A stretch of DNA of 64,000 nucleotides from a bacterium (GTDB taxonomy: Bacteria; Patescibacteriota; Minisyncoccia; UBA6257; WO2-44-18): assembly GCA_030689595.1 (NCBI GenBank), contig JAUYHP010000008.1, forward strand, positions 32,589 to 96,588, given 5' to 3'. Under the pieces are notes generated by a model that saw only the letters and a list, made by a program, of their open reading frames with translations, had not been told where the DNA came from and did no database searches. Position numbers and translations under genes: made by a program. Below are positions 48,873-57,542 of the stretch, one piece after another (the first letter of the stretch is position 1; each line of letters begins with the position of its first letter).

Positions 48873-49253
48873 ATGTACACAGACCTATTAACTAAAATTA
48901 AAAACGCCCAGCAAGCCGAAAAAGAAAAGCTGAAAGTTCCATATAATAAAATGGACTCTTTTATCGCCGATATTTTGGTCAAAGAAGGCTACATAGAATC
49001 CGCATCTAAAAAGGGTAGGTTGCCTAAGCGTATTTTAGATATTAAGTTAAAATATCAAGACGGCAAGGGGGTCATAAATGGCGTAAAGTTTGTTAGCAAG
49101 CCGTCACGCCGCATCTATGCTGGCTATCATGACCTTAGAGCGGTAAAGCAGGGCTATGGCTCTGGATTGATATCTACCTCCAAAGGAATAATGACCATAG
49201 CTGAAGCTCGCAAAGCTAAGTTAGGCGGCGAATTATTATTTCAAATCTGGTAA
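48873..49253 (+). CDS. rpsH: Ribosomal protein uS8
   Basis: DLLTKIKNAQQ...LFQIW C-terminus. Confidence 0.9.
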   Translation: MYTDLLTKIKNAQQAEKEKLKVPYNKMDSFIADILVKEGYIESASKKGRLPKRILDIKLKYQDGKGVINGVKFVSKPSRRIYAGYHDLRAVKQGYGSGLISTSKGIMTIAEARKAKLGGELLFQIW

Positions 49254-49269
49254 ATTTTAAACCTTATTT

Positions 49270-49821
49270 ATGAGCAAGATTGGCAAAAAACCTATAATCA
49301 TCACAACCGGCATCGAAATGTCTCTTAAAGACGGTTTTTTTGAAATTAAAGGAAAGCTTGGCACTATTAAACTAAAAGCCCTTCCATATATTAAAGCCGA
49401 TATTCAGGATGGGACTATCACCTTAACTCCACAAGCAAAACACAAACAAGCTAGAGCTAATTGGGGGACTATGGCTGCATTATTGAAAAATGCCATTCTT
49501 GGAGTGAGCGAAGGATTTACTAAAGAACTCGAAATAAAAGGCATCGGTTTTAGCGCCGTTATGGAGGGCGATACCTTGGTCTTAAAGGTAGGATTTTCTC
49601 ATCCAGTAAAATTCAGACCAGCTGATGGCGTCAAGGTCACTTCTGAAAAAGGATTAATAACTGTAACCGGCATTGATCGTGCTGTGGTTGGGGAAGTGGC
49701 TGCGCAAATAAGGCGCATAAAGAAGCCTGAGCCATATAAGGGCAAAGGCATAAAATATAAAGATGAGATCATTAGACGTAAGGCCGGTAAAAAAGTAGCT
49801 GGCGCTACAGCTGGATCATAA
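49270..49821 (+). CDS. rplF: Ribosomal protein uL6
   Basis: Two-repeat L6 architecture (SKIGKKPI...). Confidence 0.9.
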   Translation: MSKIGKKPIIITTGIEMSLKDGFFEIKGKLGTIKLKALPYIKADIQDGTITLTPQAKHKQARANWGTMAALLKNAILGVSEGFTKELEIKGIGFSAVMEGDTLVLKVGFSHPVKFRPADGVKVTSEKGLITVTGIDRAVVGEVAAQIRRIKKPEPYKGKGIKYKDEIIRRKAGKKVAGATAGS

Positions 49822-49825
49822 AATT

Positions 49826-50167
49826 ATGAGATCACAAGCATTAAAAACAAAACTTAGGAAACGACGAACCCGAGCTAAACTATCAGGCACAGCCAAGCGC
49901 CCTAGGCTTTCGGTATTTCGTAGCAATAAGTTTACTTATGCACAATTGATAGATGACGAAAGCATGAAAACCGTAGTATCGGTTTCAACTCGATCGATTG
50001 ATGGAAAAGGAAAGACCGAAAAAGCTAAGTCAGTGGGCGAGGCTCTAGCCGCTGAGGCCAAAAAAGCCGGCATAAGCACGGTCCTATTCGACAGGGGCCA
50101 CTATAAATATCATGGTCGCGTTAAAGCCGTAGCCGAGGGCGCAAGAGCCAGCGGATTAAAATTCTAA
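49826..50167 (+). CDS. rplR: Ribosomal protein uL18
   Basis: [20 protein letters not shown]. Confidence 0.9.
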   Translation: MRSQALKTKLRKRRTRAKLSGTAKRPRLSVFRSNKFTYAQLIDDESMKTVVSVSTRSIDGKGKTEKAKSVGEALAAEAKKAGISTVLFDRGHYKYHGRVKAVAEGARASGLKF

Positions 50168-50176
50168 ATTAAATTT

Positions 50177-50668
50177 ATGATCAGAAGACCAATTCACAAG
50201 AAAGTGGACGACTTTAAAGATAAGGTACTAGATATCAGGAGAGTTACTAGAGTTGTTAAGGGTGGTAAGCGCATGCGCTTTAGGACGGCCATAGTTGTTG
50301 GTGACGGGCGTGGGCGAGTCGGCGTTGGCTTAGGCAAAGGGGCTGATGTCGCTCAATCTATCGCGAAAGCCAAGCTAGATGCCAAAAAACACGTTCTTTT
50401 TATAGATCTAAAAGATCAAACCATCCCTCACGAAGTAGAAGCCAAATTTAGTGCTGCCAGAGTACTGCTTAAACCGGCCAAGCCCGGCCATGGCCTAAGA
50501 GCCGGTGGGCCCGTTCGTGTTATTTTGTCGCTACTCGGTGTTAGTGATGCTACTGCTAAAATATTGGGCCGCACACCTAACAAGCTAACCAATGCATTGG
50601 CGACCATCGAAGCCTTGAAGAAGTTAAAAACGCGCAATATCACTAAAACCAATCAGGCAACCAAGTAA
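50177..50668 (+). CDS. rpsE: Ribosomal protein uS5
   Basis: VTRVVKGGKRMRFRTAIVVGDGRGRVGVGLGKG. Confidence 0.9.
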   Translation: MIRRPIHKKVDDFKDKVLDIRRVTRVVKGGKRMRFRTAIVVGDGRGRVGVGLGKGADVAQSIAKAKLDAKKHVLFIDLKDQTIPHEVEAKFSAARVLLKPAKPGHGLRAGGPVRVILSLLGVSDATAKILGRTPNKLTNALATIEALKKLKTRNITKTNQATK

Positions 50669-50673
50669 CTAAT

Positions 50674-51075
50674 ATGCAATTACATCAACTTAGACCAAAA
50701 CATGCCCCGACCCGCAAAAAGACTCGCGTTGGACGAGGTGGCAAGCGCGGCACTAGCTCTGGACACGGCACCAAAGGGCAAAAATCAAGAGCCGGTCATC
50801 GTATTAGGCCTGCTGAGCGCGATTATATCCAAAGGCTCCCTAAATTAAGGGGTCATAGAAATAATCCTAAAAGCCCAAAGTTAGCTGTTGTTAATGTTAG
50901 TGATCTGGAAAAATTGATTGACGGTAATGTCGTTGACGCTTCTGCGTTGCCTAAGACAAAGATATTGGGGAATGGTAACGTCAAGAAAGCTTTTGAGATA
51001 AAAGGTGTGCCACTATCAGAGTCGGCCAAGAAAAAGATAGAAGCGGCCGGCGGTAAAGTTCATGAATCCCGCTAA
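50674..51075 (+). CDS. rplO: Ribosomal protein uL15 (directly after S5, so no L30 gene)
   Basis: LRPKHAPTRKKTRVGRGGKRGTSSGHGTKGQKSRAG. Confidence 0.9.
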   Translation: MQLHQLRPKHAPTRKKTRVGRGGKRGTSSGHGTKGQKSRAGHRIRPAERDYIQRLPKLRGHRNNPKSPKLAVVNVSDLEKLIDGNVVDASALPKTKILGNGNVKKAFEIKGVPLSESAKKKIEAAGGKVHESR

Positions 51076-51210
51076 AAATAATCTATCAAGGCATCTTACT
51101 AAACCTTAAATATACGGAAGCGCTACCAAATTATATGGAAAAGAATAAAACAATAATTAATCTACTAGACAGCATCCCAGATCACCTGGGCGCTTCCTAT
51201 TTCTAACGGG

Positions 51211-52482
51211 ATGAATAAATTCTTACAAATTTTTAAAATTCCTGATCTGCGCAAAAAGATATTTATAGTTGTCTTTTTGCTTTTGGTTTTCAGATTATTG
51301 GCCGCCATACCAACTCCGGGCATCGATGCAGATAGATTAAAGGGCTTGCTAGACTCCAGTCAATTGTTGGGATTTTTTAATATATTTTCCGGTGGCTCCT
51401 TGGCAAATCTTTCCATAATGATGTTGGGTGTATCGCCCTATATCACCGCTACCATCATCATGCAGCTATTGACCATGATTTTCCCGAAATTAAAGACTCT
51501 TTATTATGAAGAGGGGAATGCCGGCCGAGCTAAATTCAATAGATATTCGCGCTATATAACGGTGCCCTTGGCTGCCCTGCAGGGTTATGGCTTTCTAAAT
51601 CTTCTGATCAGCCAACAAGTTTTACCGCCTCTACCCGGGCTGGATATGTTGCGTAACGTTTTAGTAATAACCGCCGGCTCCATGATTCTAATGTGGCTTG
51701 GCGAACTTATGAGTGAACAAAAAATCGGCAATGGCATTTCTTTAATCATCTTTGCCGGTATCGTCAGCGGCCTACCTCAAATAGTGAGATCATTAGTTGT
51801 GTCCTATGACCCAACTAATGTGCCGGTGTATGTTGCCTTCGCTATATTGAGCGTCATCATTACTGCTTGCGTGGTATTCATAAACGAGGGTGAACGAAAA
51901 ATACCAGTTTCTTATGCCAAAAGAATCAGAGGTAGTCGCATGTACGGCGGATCGTCTAGCTACTTGCCGCTGAAAGTAAACCAAGCCGGCGTTATCCCAA
52001 TCATCTTCGCTATTTCAATTTTGTTATTCCCACAGTTTTTTGCCCAAATTGCCTCAGCCGTATCGCCTGGTTTTGGAGCCACTTTGAATGATTGGGTCAA
52101 TAGAATATTTAGCAACCAAGTTATTTATGGTCTGATATATTTCGTATTAGTTGTTGTCTTCACTTATTTTTATACGGCCGTTACCTTCGACCCCAAAGAA
52201 ATAGCCAAAAACCTCCAGCGCAGTGGGGGGTTCGTCCCGGGCATTAGGCCGGGTGATCCAACTGGAGAATTTTTACAAAAAGTTATTTATCGTATCACTT
52301 TGTTCGGCGCCCTCTTCTTGGGTGTAGTTGCGGTTTTGCCTAACATTACACAAATATTAACCGGCATACAAACTTTATCCATCGGTGGTACAGCCTTGCT
52401 GATTGTTATTGCTGTGGCCCTAGAAGTTATGCGCCAAATTGACTCTCAATTGGTTATTCGAGAATACGAGGGGATACAGTAA
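51211..52482 (+). CDS. secY: Preprotein translocase SecY
   Basis: Ten TM helices and the GGSLANLSIMMLGVSPYITATII and QAGVIPIIFA blocks. Confidence 0.95.
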   Translation: MNKFLQIFKIPDLRKKIFIVVFLLLVFRLLAAIPTPGIDADRLKGLLDSSQLLGFFNIFSGGSLANLSIMMLGVSPYITATIIMQLLTMIFPKLKTLYYEEGNAGRAKFNRYSRYITVPLAALQGYGFLNLLISQQVLPPLPGLDMLRNVLVITAGSMILMWLGELMSEQKIGNGISLIIFAGIVSGLPQIVRSLVVSYDPTNVPVYVAFAILSVIITACVVFINEGERKIPVSYAKRIRGSRMYGGSSSYLPLKVNQAGVIPIIFAISILLFPQFFAQIASAVSPGFGATLNDWVNRIFSNQVIYGLIYFVLVVVFTYFYTAVTFDPKEIAKNLQRSGGFVPGIRPGDPTGEFLQKVIYRITLFGALFLGVVAVLPNITQILTGIQTLSIGGTALLIVIAVALEVMRQIDSQLVIREYEGIQ

Positions 52483-52496
52483 AAATTCTAAACAAA

Positions 52497-52530
52497 GTCC
52501 TCTGGCGCCCCGCCTCGGAGGACTTTTTTA
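52497..52530 (+). terminator. Rho-independent terminator after secY, the first of four GC-rich hairpins
   Basis: AGTCCTC...GAGGACT stem then TTTTTT. Further hairpins lie at about 52600-52625, 52668-52692 and 52710-52740. Confidence 0.6.
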
Positions 52531-52754
52531 CTAGACGTCTTAATTTTAATTACGACTAATATAATATCGCCGGTGGGCGATTCTTATCTAGCAAAAAAGC
52601 CAGGTTCCTCCGATGACTATCGGAGGGGTTTTTACTACGTTGTCCAAATTCTATTTGGACGCATAATAATCGCCCCGCGGTGGCGGGGCACATATCGGAG
52701 CAAAACCCCTGGTGTCCCGCTTCGGCGGGACGGTTTTATGTTACAATTATAATT

Positions 52755-53147
52755 ATGGAACCAGTAAAAAGTTTTGAATTTAGCCACGAATCCCTAGAAA
52801 AGGACATGGAGCGTCTGGCTGGCGAGGTTCAAGAAAGGGCAGCAGCCGAGTCGCCAACAGCTCACAAGGAAGCTATTAAATCCACCGTAGGAGAGCAGAT
52901 AAAGAAAATGGCACCCGTCGCTCCAGACCCCAACGAGCACCAATCTTCGACCGTGCCAAATTATCTCCAAGCAGCCGACAACTCGACTAAGTTACAAGTT
53001 GAACAGCTGATAGAATTAGCTTGGCACAAGGGGTTGCCTGCGGCGATTAAGGAGGCTAAAAAGGCTGGGCCTTTATATGTGGACGCCCTACACGACGCTT
53101 TAACCGATAAACTTTACGACGAATTCAAAAGACGTAAGTTGTTATGA
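52755..53147 (+). CDS. Hypothetical soluble protein, first gene of a three-gene operon
   Basis: About 130 aa from MEPVKSF. Its stop overlaps the next start (ATGA). Confidence 0.45.
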   Translation: MEPVKSFEFSHESLEKDMERLAGEVQERAAAESPTAHKEAIKSTVGEQIKKMAPVAPDPNEHQSSTVPNYLQAADNSTKLQVEQLIELAWHKGLPAAIKEAKKAGPLYVDALHDALTDKLYDEFKRRKLL

Positions 53148-55477
53148 AAATAGCGCTAGTAGTTATTTTTGCTGTAATATTTGTGGCAATCGTAATAGCT
53201 ATTATTTTGTATGCTAAGAAATCATCGTTGCGCAATCTTTTAAAAAAATCTTTAAATCTTAAGCTGCTATCTATCAGGCTGCCTCAGCCCGTTGAGAAAG
53301 AGCAACAAAAATTTCAAGATGAAATTAATACTTCTGGTCAATTAATAAGCATTTTAGCCGGGCTTAAGCAGCCATTTACCTTTGAAGTTGCTAAACCAAA
53401 CAACAGCGAAGAAATCCATTTTTACATTGCAGTCCCACAAGATTCTGTAGAGTTTACCTCTAGGCAAATACAAGGCCTCTGGAGCGATGCTCAGATAGAC
53501 CATATAGATGATTATACGATTTTTAATACGACTGGCGCCGCCGGAGTGGCCTATCTTAAGCAAAAGAGTCACAGCGCTATTCCAATTAGAACTTTTGCCG
53601 AGGCTGAAAACGATACCTTTTTACCAATCATCAGCAACCTAACTAAAGTTGAGGGGATAGGTGAGGGGGCCGCCATCCAAATAGTTGTTAAGCCAGCGCC
53701 AGATTCGATAAAAAACAATGTTGATAAAGTTATTAATAAATTGCGCCAAGGAATGTCTCTTAAAGACGCACTAGCTGGCAAAGTCATCAAAACCAACAAA
53801 GACAAAAACGCCCCAGTCCAACCAAGGGTTGTTGATGAAGAGTCGGTTAAAATATTGAGTAGCAAGATAGCTAAGCCGATATTTTCAGTTAATGTTCGCC
53901 TGGCAACTTCAGCGTCCAGCCCAGAAAAAGCAGATGCACTATTAAATGGTTTAGCGGGTTCTTATAATCAATTTTCAGCCCCAGGCAGAAATGAATTTAA
54001 AATAGTCAGCCCCAAAGATAGCAGAGAATTAATATATCAATTCGTTTTCAGGCAACATGATAATCGCCAGAATATGATATTGGGCGCCGATGAATTGGCG
54101 AGTATTTTTCATTTACCAACCAGTGCTACCAGAATTCCTAAAATTCATTGGCTGAAATCTAAAGAAGCCGCACCGCCGCCGAATTTACCAGATGCAGGCG
54201 TAACGATAGGAAAAAGCACTTTTAGAAATGATGACAAATTGGTGAAAATCACCGACGATGATCGTCGACGACATTTATATGTTATCGGCCAAACTGGCAC
54301 TGGTAAATCTAGTCTATTAATTAATATGGCCGTTGACGACATCCGCCAAGGCAAGGGCGTCGCCATAATAGACCCTCACGGCGACTTAATCGACGCGGTA
54401 TCTGGCCTTATTCCAGCTGAAAGACAAAAAGATGTTATCGTTTTCGACCCTGGCGATATCTCTAAACCATTGGGCCTTAACATGCTTGAATATGACGTTA
54501 ATCGTCCCGAAGAAAAGACCTTTATTGTCAACGAAATGCAGAGCATTTTTAATAAGTTATTTACGGCCGAAACTATGGGGCCTATGTTCGAACAATATAT
54601 GCGCAATGCCTTGTTGCTATTGATGGAAGATATGCCACACTCTCCTTCGACGCTAACGGAAGTGCCTCGTATTTTTACTGATGCAGATTTCCGCCGAGAA
54701 AAAACTAGTCGCGCCCTCAACCCGACAGTCGTAGATTTTTGGGAAAAAGAGGCCGCGAAAGCAGGCGGCGAAGCATCTCTAGCCAACATCACCCCCTATA
54801 TAACTTCTAAATTTAACAATTTCTTGGCTAACGATTATGTGCGGCCGATTATTGGCCAAGTGCGGTCGTCGTTTAATTTCCGCAAGGTGATGGATGATGG
54901 CAAAATATTGTTGGTCAATCTTTCCAAGGGGCGCATCGGTGATATAAATGCTGGACTTTTAGGTATGATTGTCGTCGGTAAATTGTTGATGGCGGCTTTA
55001 TCGCGAGTAGATCTAGCCCAAGAACAGCGTCGCGATTTTAATTTATACATCGATGAGTTCCAAAACTTCACTACCGATTCTATCGCCACGATTTTATCAG
55101 AAGCTCGTAAGTATAAATTAAATCTTGTCATTGCTCACCAATTTATTGGTCAGCTAACTGAAAAAATTCGTGATGCTGTTTTTGGCAATGTGGGCTCGAT
55201 GGCTGTGTTTAGGGTCGGCGCTGACGACGCTGAGTTTCTAGCTAAACAATTTGATCCAGTATTTTCTAAAACCGACCTCATCAACATTGACAACTTCAAC
55301 GCCTACCTTAAATTATTGATTGCCGGTCAAACATCCAGGCCATTTAATATGATAACTATTCCACCGGAGCAGGGTGACGAAAAAATTAAAGAAGCTTTAA
55401 AAGAATATTCACGCAACACCTACGGCCGTGATAGGGGAGAGGTAGAAGCCGAAATACTTAAGAGATTAAGGGCCTAA
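53144..55477 (+). CDS. Membrane-anchored TraG/VirD4/TrwB-like (type IV coupling protein / FtsK-HerA superfamily) ATPase
   Basis: N-terminal TM helix and a roughly 400-aa unique middle region. Walker A YVIGQTGTGKSSLL is followed by IIDPHGD. The C-terminal YIDEFQNF...ARKYKLNLVIAHQFIGQL...GNVGSMAVFRVGADDAEFL follows the TraD/TraG Walker B-to-C-terminus pattern. Confidence 0.65.
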   Translation: MKIALVVIFAVIFVAIVIAIILYAKKSSLRNLLKKSLNLKLLSIRLPQPVEKEQQKFQDEINTSGQLISILAGLKQPFTFEVAKPNNSEEIHFYIAVPQDSVEFTSRQIQGLWSDAQIDHIDDYTIFNTTGAAGVAYLKQKSHSAIPIRTFAEAENDTFLPIISNLTKVEGIGEGAAIQIVVKPAPDSIKNNVDKVINKLRQGMSLKDALAGKVIKTNKDKNAPVQPRVVDEESVKILSSKIAKPIFSVNVRLATSASSPEKADALLNGLAGSYNQFSAPGRNEFKIVSPKDSRELIYQFVFRQHDNRQNMILGADELASIFHLPTSATRIPKIHWLKSKEAAPPPNLPDAGVTIGKSTFRNDDKLVKITDDDRRRHLYVIGQTGTGKSSLLINMAVDDIRQGKGVAIIDPHGDLIDAVSGLIPAERQKDVIVFDPGDISKPLGLNMLEYDVNRPEEKTFIVNEMQSIFNKLFTAETMGPMFEQYMRNALLLLMEDMPHSPSTLTEVPRIFTDADFRREKTSRALNPTVVDFWEKEAAKAGGEASLANITPYITSKFNNFLANDYVRPIIGQVRSSFNFRKVMDDGKILLVNLSKGRIGDINAGLLGMIVVGKLLMAALSRVDLAQEQRRDFNLYIDEFQNFTTDSIATILSEARKYKLNLVIAHQFIGQLTEKIRDAVFGNVGSMAVFRVGADDAEFLAKQFDPVFSKTDLINIDNFNAYLKLLIAGQTSRPFNMITIPPEQGDEKIKEALKEYSRNTYGRDRGEVEAEILKRLRA

Positions 55478-55536
55478 TATTGACGCCTTATATAAAATTT
55501 GCTAATCTGTTAGAAGCTCATTTCAAGGAGGTTATT

Positions 55537-55791
55537 ATGAGCCGAGAAAAGCTACGCAGAGCATTGTGCGGCCGTAAGATTATTTTTGTTAATGTTAATG
55601 ACGACGGGAATGATTTTATGACCTTAACCCTTGATGACGGCTCTAAAATTGTTTTCACTCATGGGGCAGATCCTGGTCAGCCAGTTTGGACCAAGATTGT
55701 TAAACGTAACCTCGATGAGCATGATGATTATGTTTGTACTGATGAGTTGTGGTCTACCAGCGGTGGCAGTGGGCGCGTAGGGATGCTTTGA
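55537..55791 (+). CDS. Small hypothetical protein, third gene of the operon
   Basis: AAGGAGG RBS before the ATG at 55537; 84 aa. Confidence 0.4.
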   Translation: MSREKLRRALCGRKIIFVNVNDDGNDFMTLTLDDGSKIVFTHGADPGQPVWTKIVKRNLDEHDDYVCTDELWSTSGGSGRVGML

Positions 55792-55835
55792 GAGGACAGC
55801 TCTGACCCGTGTTTCCGGTTCGGGATTTTAAAATA

Positions 55836-55873
55836 AAATTAATGGCGTGACTTAGGTCACGCCATTTTTATTA
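55836..55873. terminator. Bidirectional terminator
   Basis: AAAATAAAATTA-ATGGCGTGAC-TTAG-GTCACGCCAT-TTTTATTA. Confidence 0.7.
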
Positions 55874-55876
55874 AGA

Positions 55877-56659
55877 TTATTTTAAATAGCCAATTTTCTT
55901 CAGCCAATATTCATTGTCCCACTCCCACAATTTCTTGGCCGCCAAAAAAGCTTCAAAATCTTCTTTCCAATAGGGATCTTCTTTTATAGCTGTTACGCCA
56001 GTTAATGGGCCCCATTCATGTTGATCTTCTGGACAAACCTTTAGCCCACGAATTGAGGGATATGGTTTGCGAATTTTTTCTCGCCCGCCCTTAGGGCGCA
56101 AGGTTGATTTACATTTTGGACAAGTTTTAATCTGATCAACTCTCAATATCCATCTTGTTTGTGGATCAACTACCGAAGGATCTTTAGTCAGAGCATCCAT
56201 ATAAGCCGCTGTTTGCAAATTATAATCTCGATAAAAATCCATCGAAGTTTTAATATCCATAACGCCAAATTTACCGCCAATCAGAGCCATAGCATCAATC
56301 GTGCCGGCATAGCTATGATCTAGATTCATAATTCGCTTTTCAATTGATTGCGGATCAACTTGAATATTATTCCGATCAATAAACTCTATACACGAATTAA
56401 CTGCCGGCGCTATGCTTTCATCAATATCTCTCTGTTTTCCCAAAAGAATATCTTGAACGGTTTCGTGTACTAGCGTGCCTTCTTCGGCCGATTTTTTTGT
56501 TTGCGCTTCTGCCGCCGCAAAACTAGTAGCGGAAGCATAATATCTATATAAAGCCGGTTTAGATTTTACGCCAATGATCTTAGTAACACGCGGATACCAA
56601 AAACCGTTGATATCATAACCGCATTGTTCTTTAAATTGTTCGGGCGTGGAGTAGTACAT
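55877..56659 (-). CDS. PD-(D/E)xK nuclease-family protein (Cas4/RecB-like fold) with a Cys-rich C-terminus
   Basis: HETVQD..., then D-x13-MDIKT (the D...D/E-x-K arrangement: GTIDAMALIGGKFGVMDIKTS). CPKCK...C...C may be a zinc ribbon. Confidence 0.5.
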   Translation of the reverse strand: MYYSTPEQFKEQCGYDINGFWYPRVTKIIGVKSKPALYRYYASATSFAAAEAQTKKSAEEGTLVHETVQDILLGKQRDIDESIAPAVNSCIEFIDRNNIQVDPQSIEKRIMNLDHSYAGTIDAMALIGGKFGVMDIKTSMDFYRDYNLQTAAYMDALTKDPSVVDPQTRWILRVDQIKTCPKCKSTLRPKGGREKIRKPYPSIRGLKVCPEDQHEWGPLTGVTAIKEDPYWKEDFEAFLAAKKLWEWDNEYWLKKIGYLK

Positions 56660-56842
56660 TAAAAAATTATTAAGAAATTAATCTATTTAGCCATTAAGTA
56701 ATAAATAAATTGTAGTACGTAGCAGTCGTTAAGTACAGGATGTTGTTGTGCGTGATGCTAAAATTTTAGAAGACGCTAACACGGCCTTAAAGGATGTGTC
56801 TATTAAAGGAGTCGTTTATTATATACTCCGCGGACACAGATT

Positions 56843-56903
56843 AGCGCTGCTTTCACATGTGAAAGCAGCGCTGCTTGACGTATTGATGGGTTATTGTTAT
56901 CAT
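56843..56903 (+). promoter_or_regulatory. 30-bp perfect palindrome abutting a promoter-like -35/-10 pair
   Basis: AGCGCTGCTTTCACATGTGAAAGCAGCGCT (56843-56872), immediately followed by TTGACG, a 17-bp spacer, and TATCAT. Confidence 0.45.
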
Positions 56904-56947
56904 ATTCAGAAGTTCTTTGACGTTCACCTGATAAGGAGCATAGAGCG

Positions 56948-57106
56948 ATGAACAGAAAAACGCTGGACATGATTACCATTCTCGTTGCCTCTCTTGGCGT
57001 GTGTGTGGCACTTTTCATTATTGCCACCATGCCCGGCAATGAGACTGTAGGACTGTGTCTTATTGGGGGAGCCCTAACCGCGGCACTTCTCACGATACTG
57101 ATTTAG
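56948..57106 (+). CDS. Unannotated 52-aa two-TM hydrophobic peptide (toxin- or holin-like small protein)
   Basis: AGGAGC RBS and the ATG at 56948. The sequence is MNRKTLDMITILVASLGVCVALFIIATMPGNETVGLCLIGGALTAALLTILI. It falls below the 60-aa cutoff of the ORF track. Confidence 0.4.
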   Translation: MNRKTLDMITILVASLGVCVALFIIATMPGNETVGLCLIGGALTAALLTILI

Positions 57107-57436
57107 ACGCGCAACACCAGAAAAAAGTTTTAAGGCGGCTGGCCATCTTCCCGATGGCAGCTAATGTCTAGTATTTAGGTGATTTTGACGATATTCAGAA
57201 GGCCAAGCTGGTTGCCGCTAAAAAAGGCACTGGTTGTACCGGAAGCGCTATTTTTGCCGCAGGTGTATATGACCATGCGGGTAAACAGATCCATTTCTTT
57301 CGCCGTAGACCGTCTACAATTGCTAAGGATTAAGCTTGATAAATATAGCCGCCATCTTTATTAATAAAGTTGGCGGTTTTTTCTTTTTACGCATTTATCA
57401 ACAGGGTAGGGCTACCAAATATTTGCTCGATATAAT

Positions 57437-57468
57437 AAAGTGAGTGTAAGGGATATTATACTCACTTT
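57437..57468. other. 12-6-12 inverted repeat, candidate tyrosine-recombinase core site
   Basis: AAGTGAGTGTAA-GGGATA-TTATACTCACTT, with 11 of 12 positions matching between arms, 75 bp upstream of the recombinase gene. Confidence 0.4.
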
Positions 57469-57542
57469 GGTATATGTGAGAAAATAATGGTAAAATTGGT
57501 AAAAAGCACTCCCCTAACACTATTTTGTAGAAATTATCAATT

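Noticed and set aside
56803-57093. 96-aa minus-strand ORF opposite the small hydrophobic peptide
   Set aside because: No RBS and an Ala/Arg-rich antisense composition. The plus-strand 52-aa ORF has the promoter and RBS.
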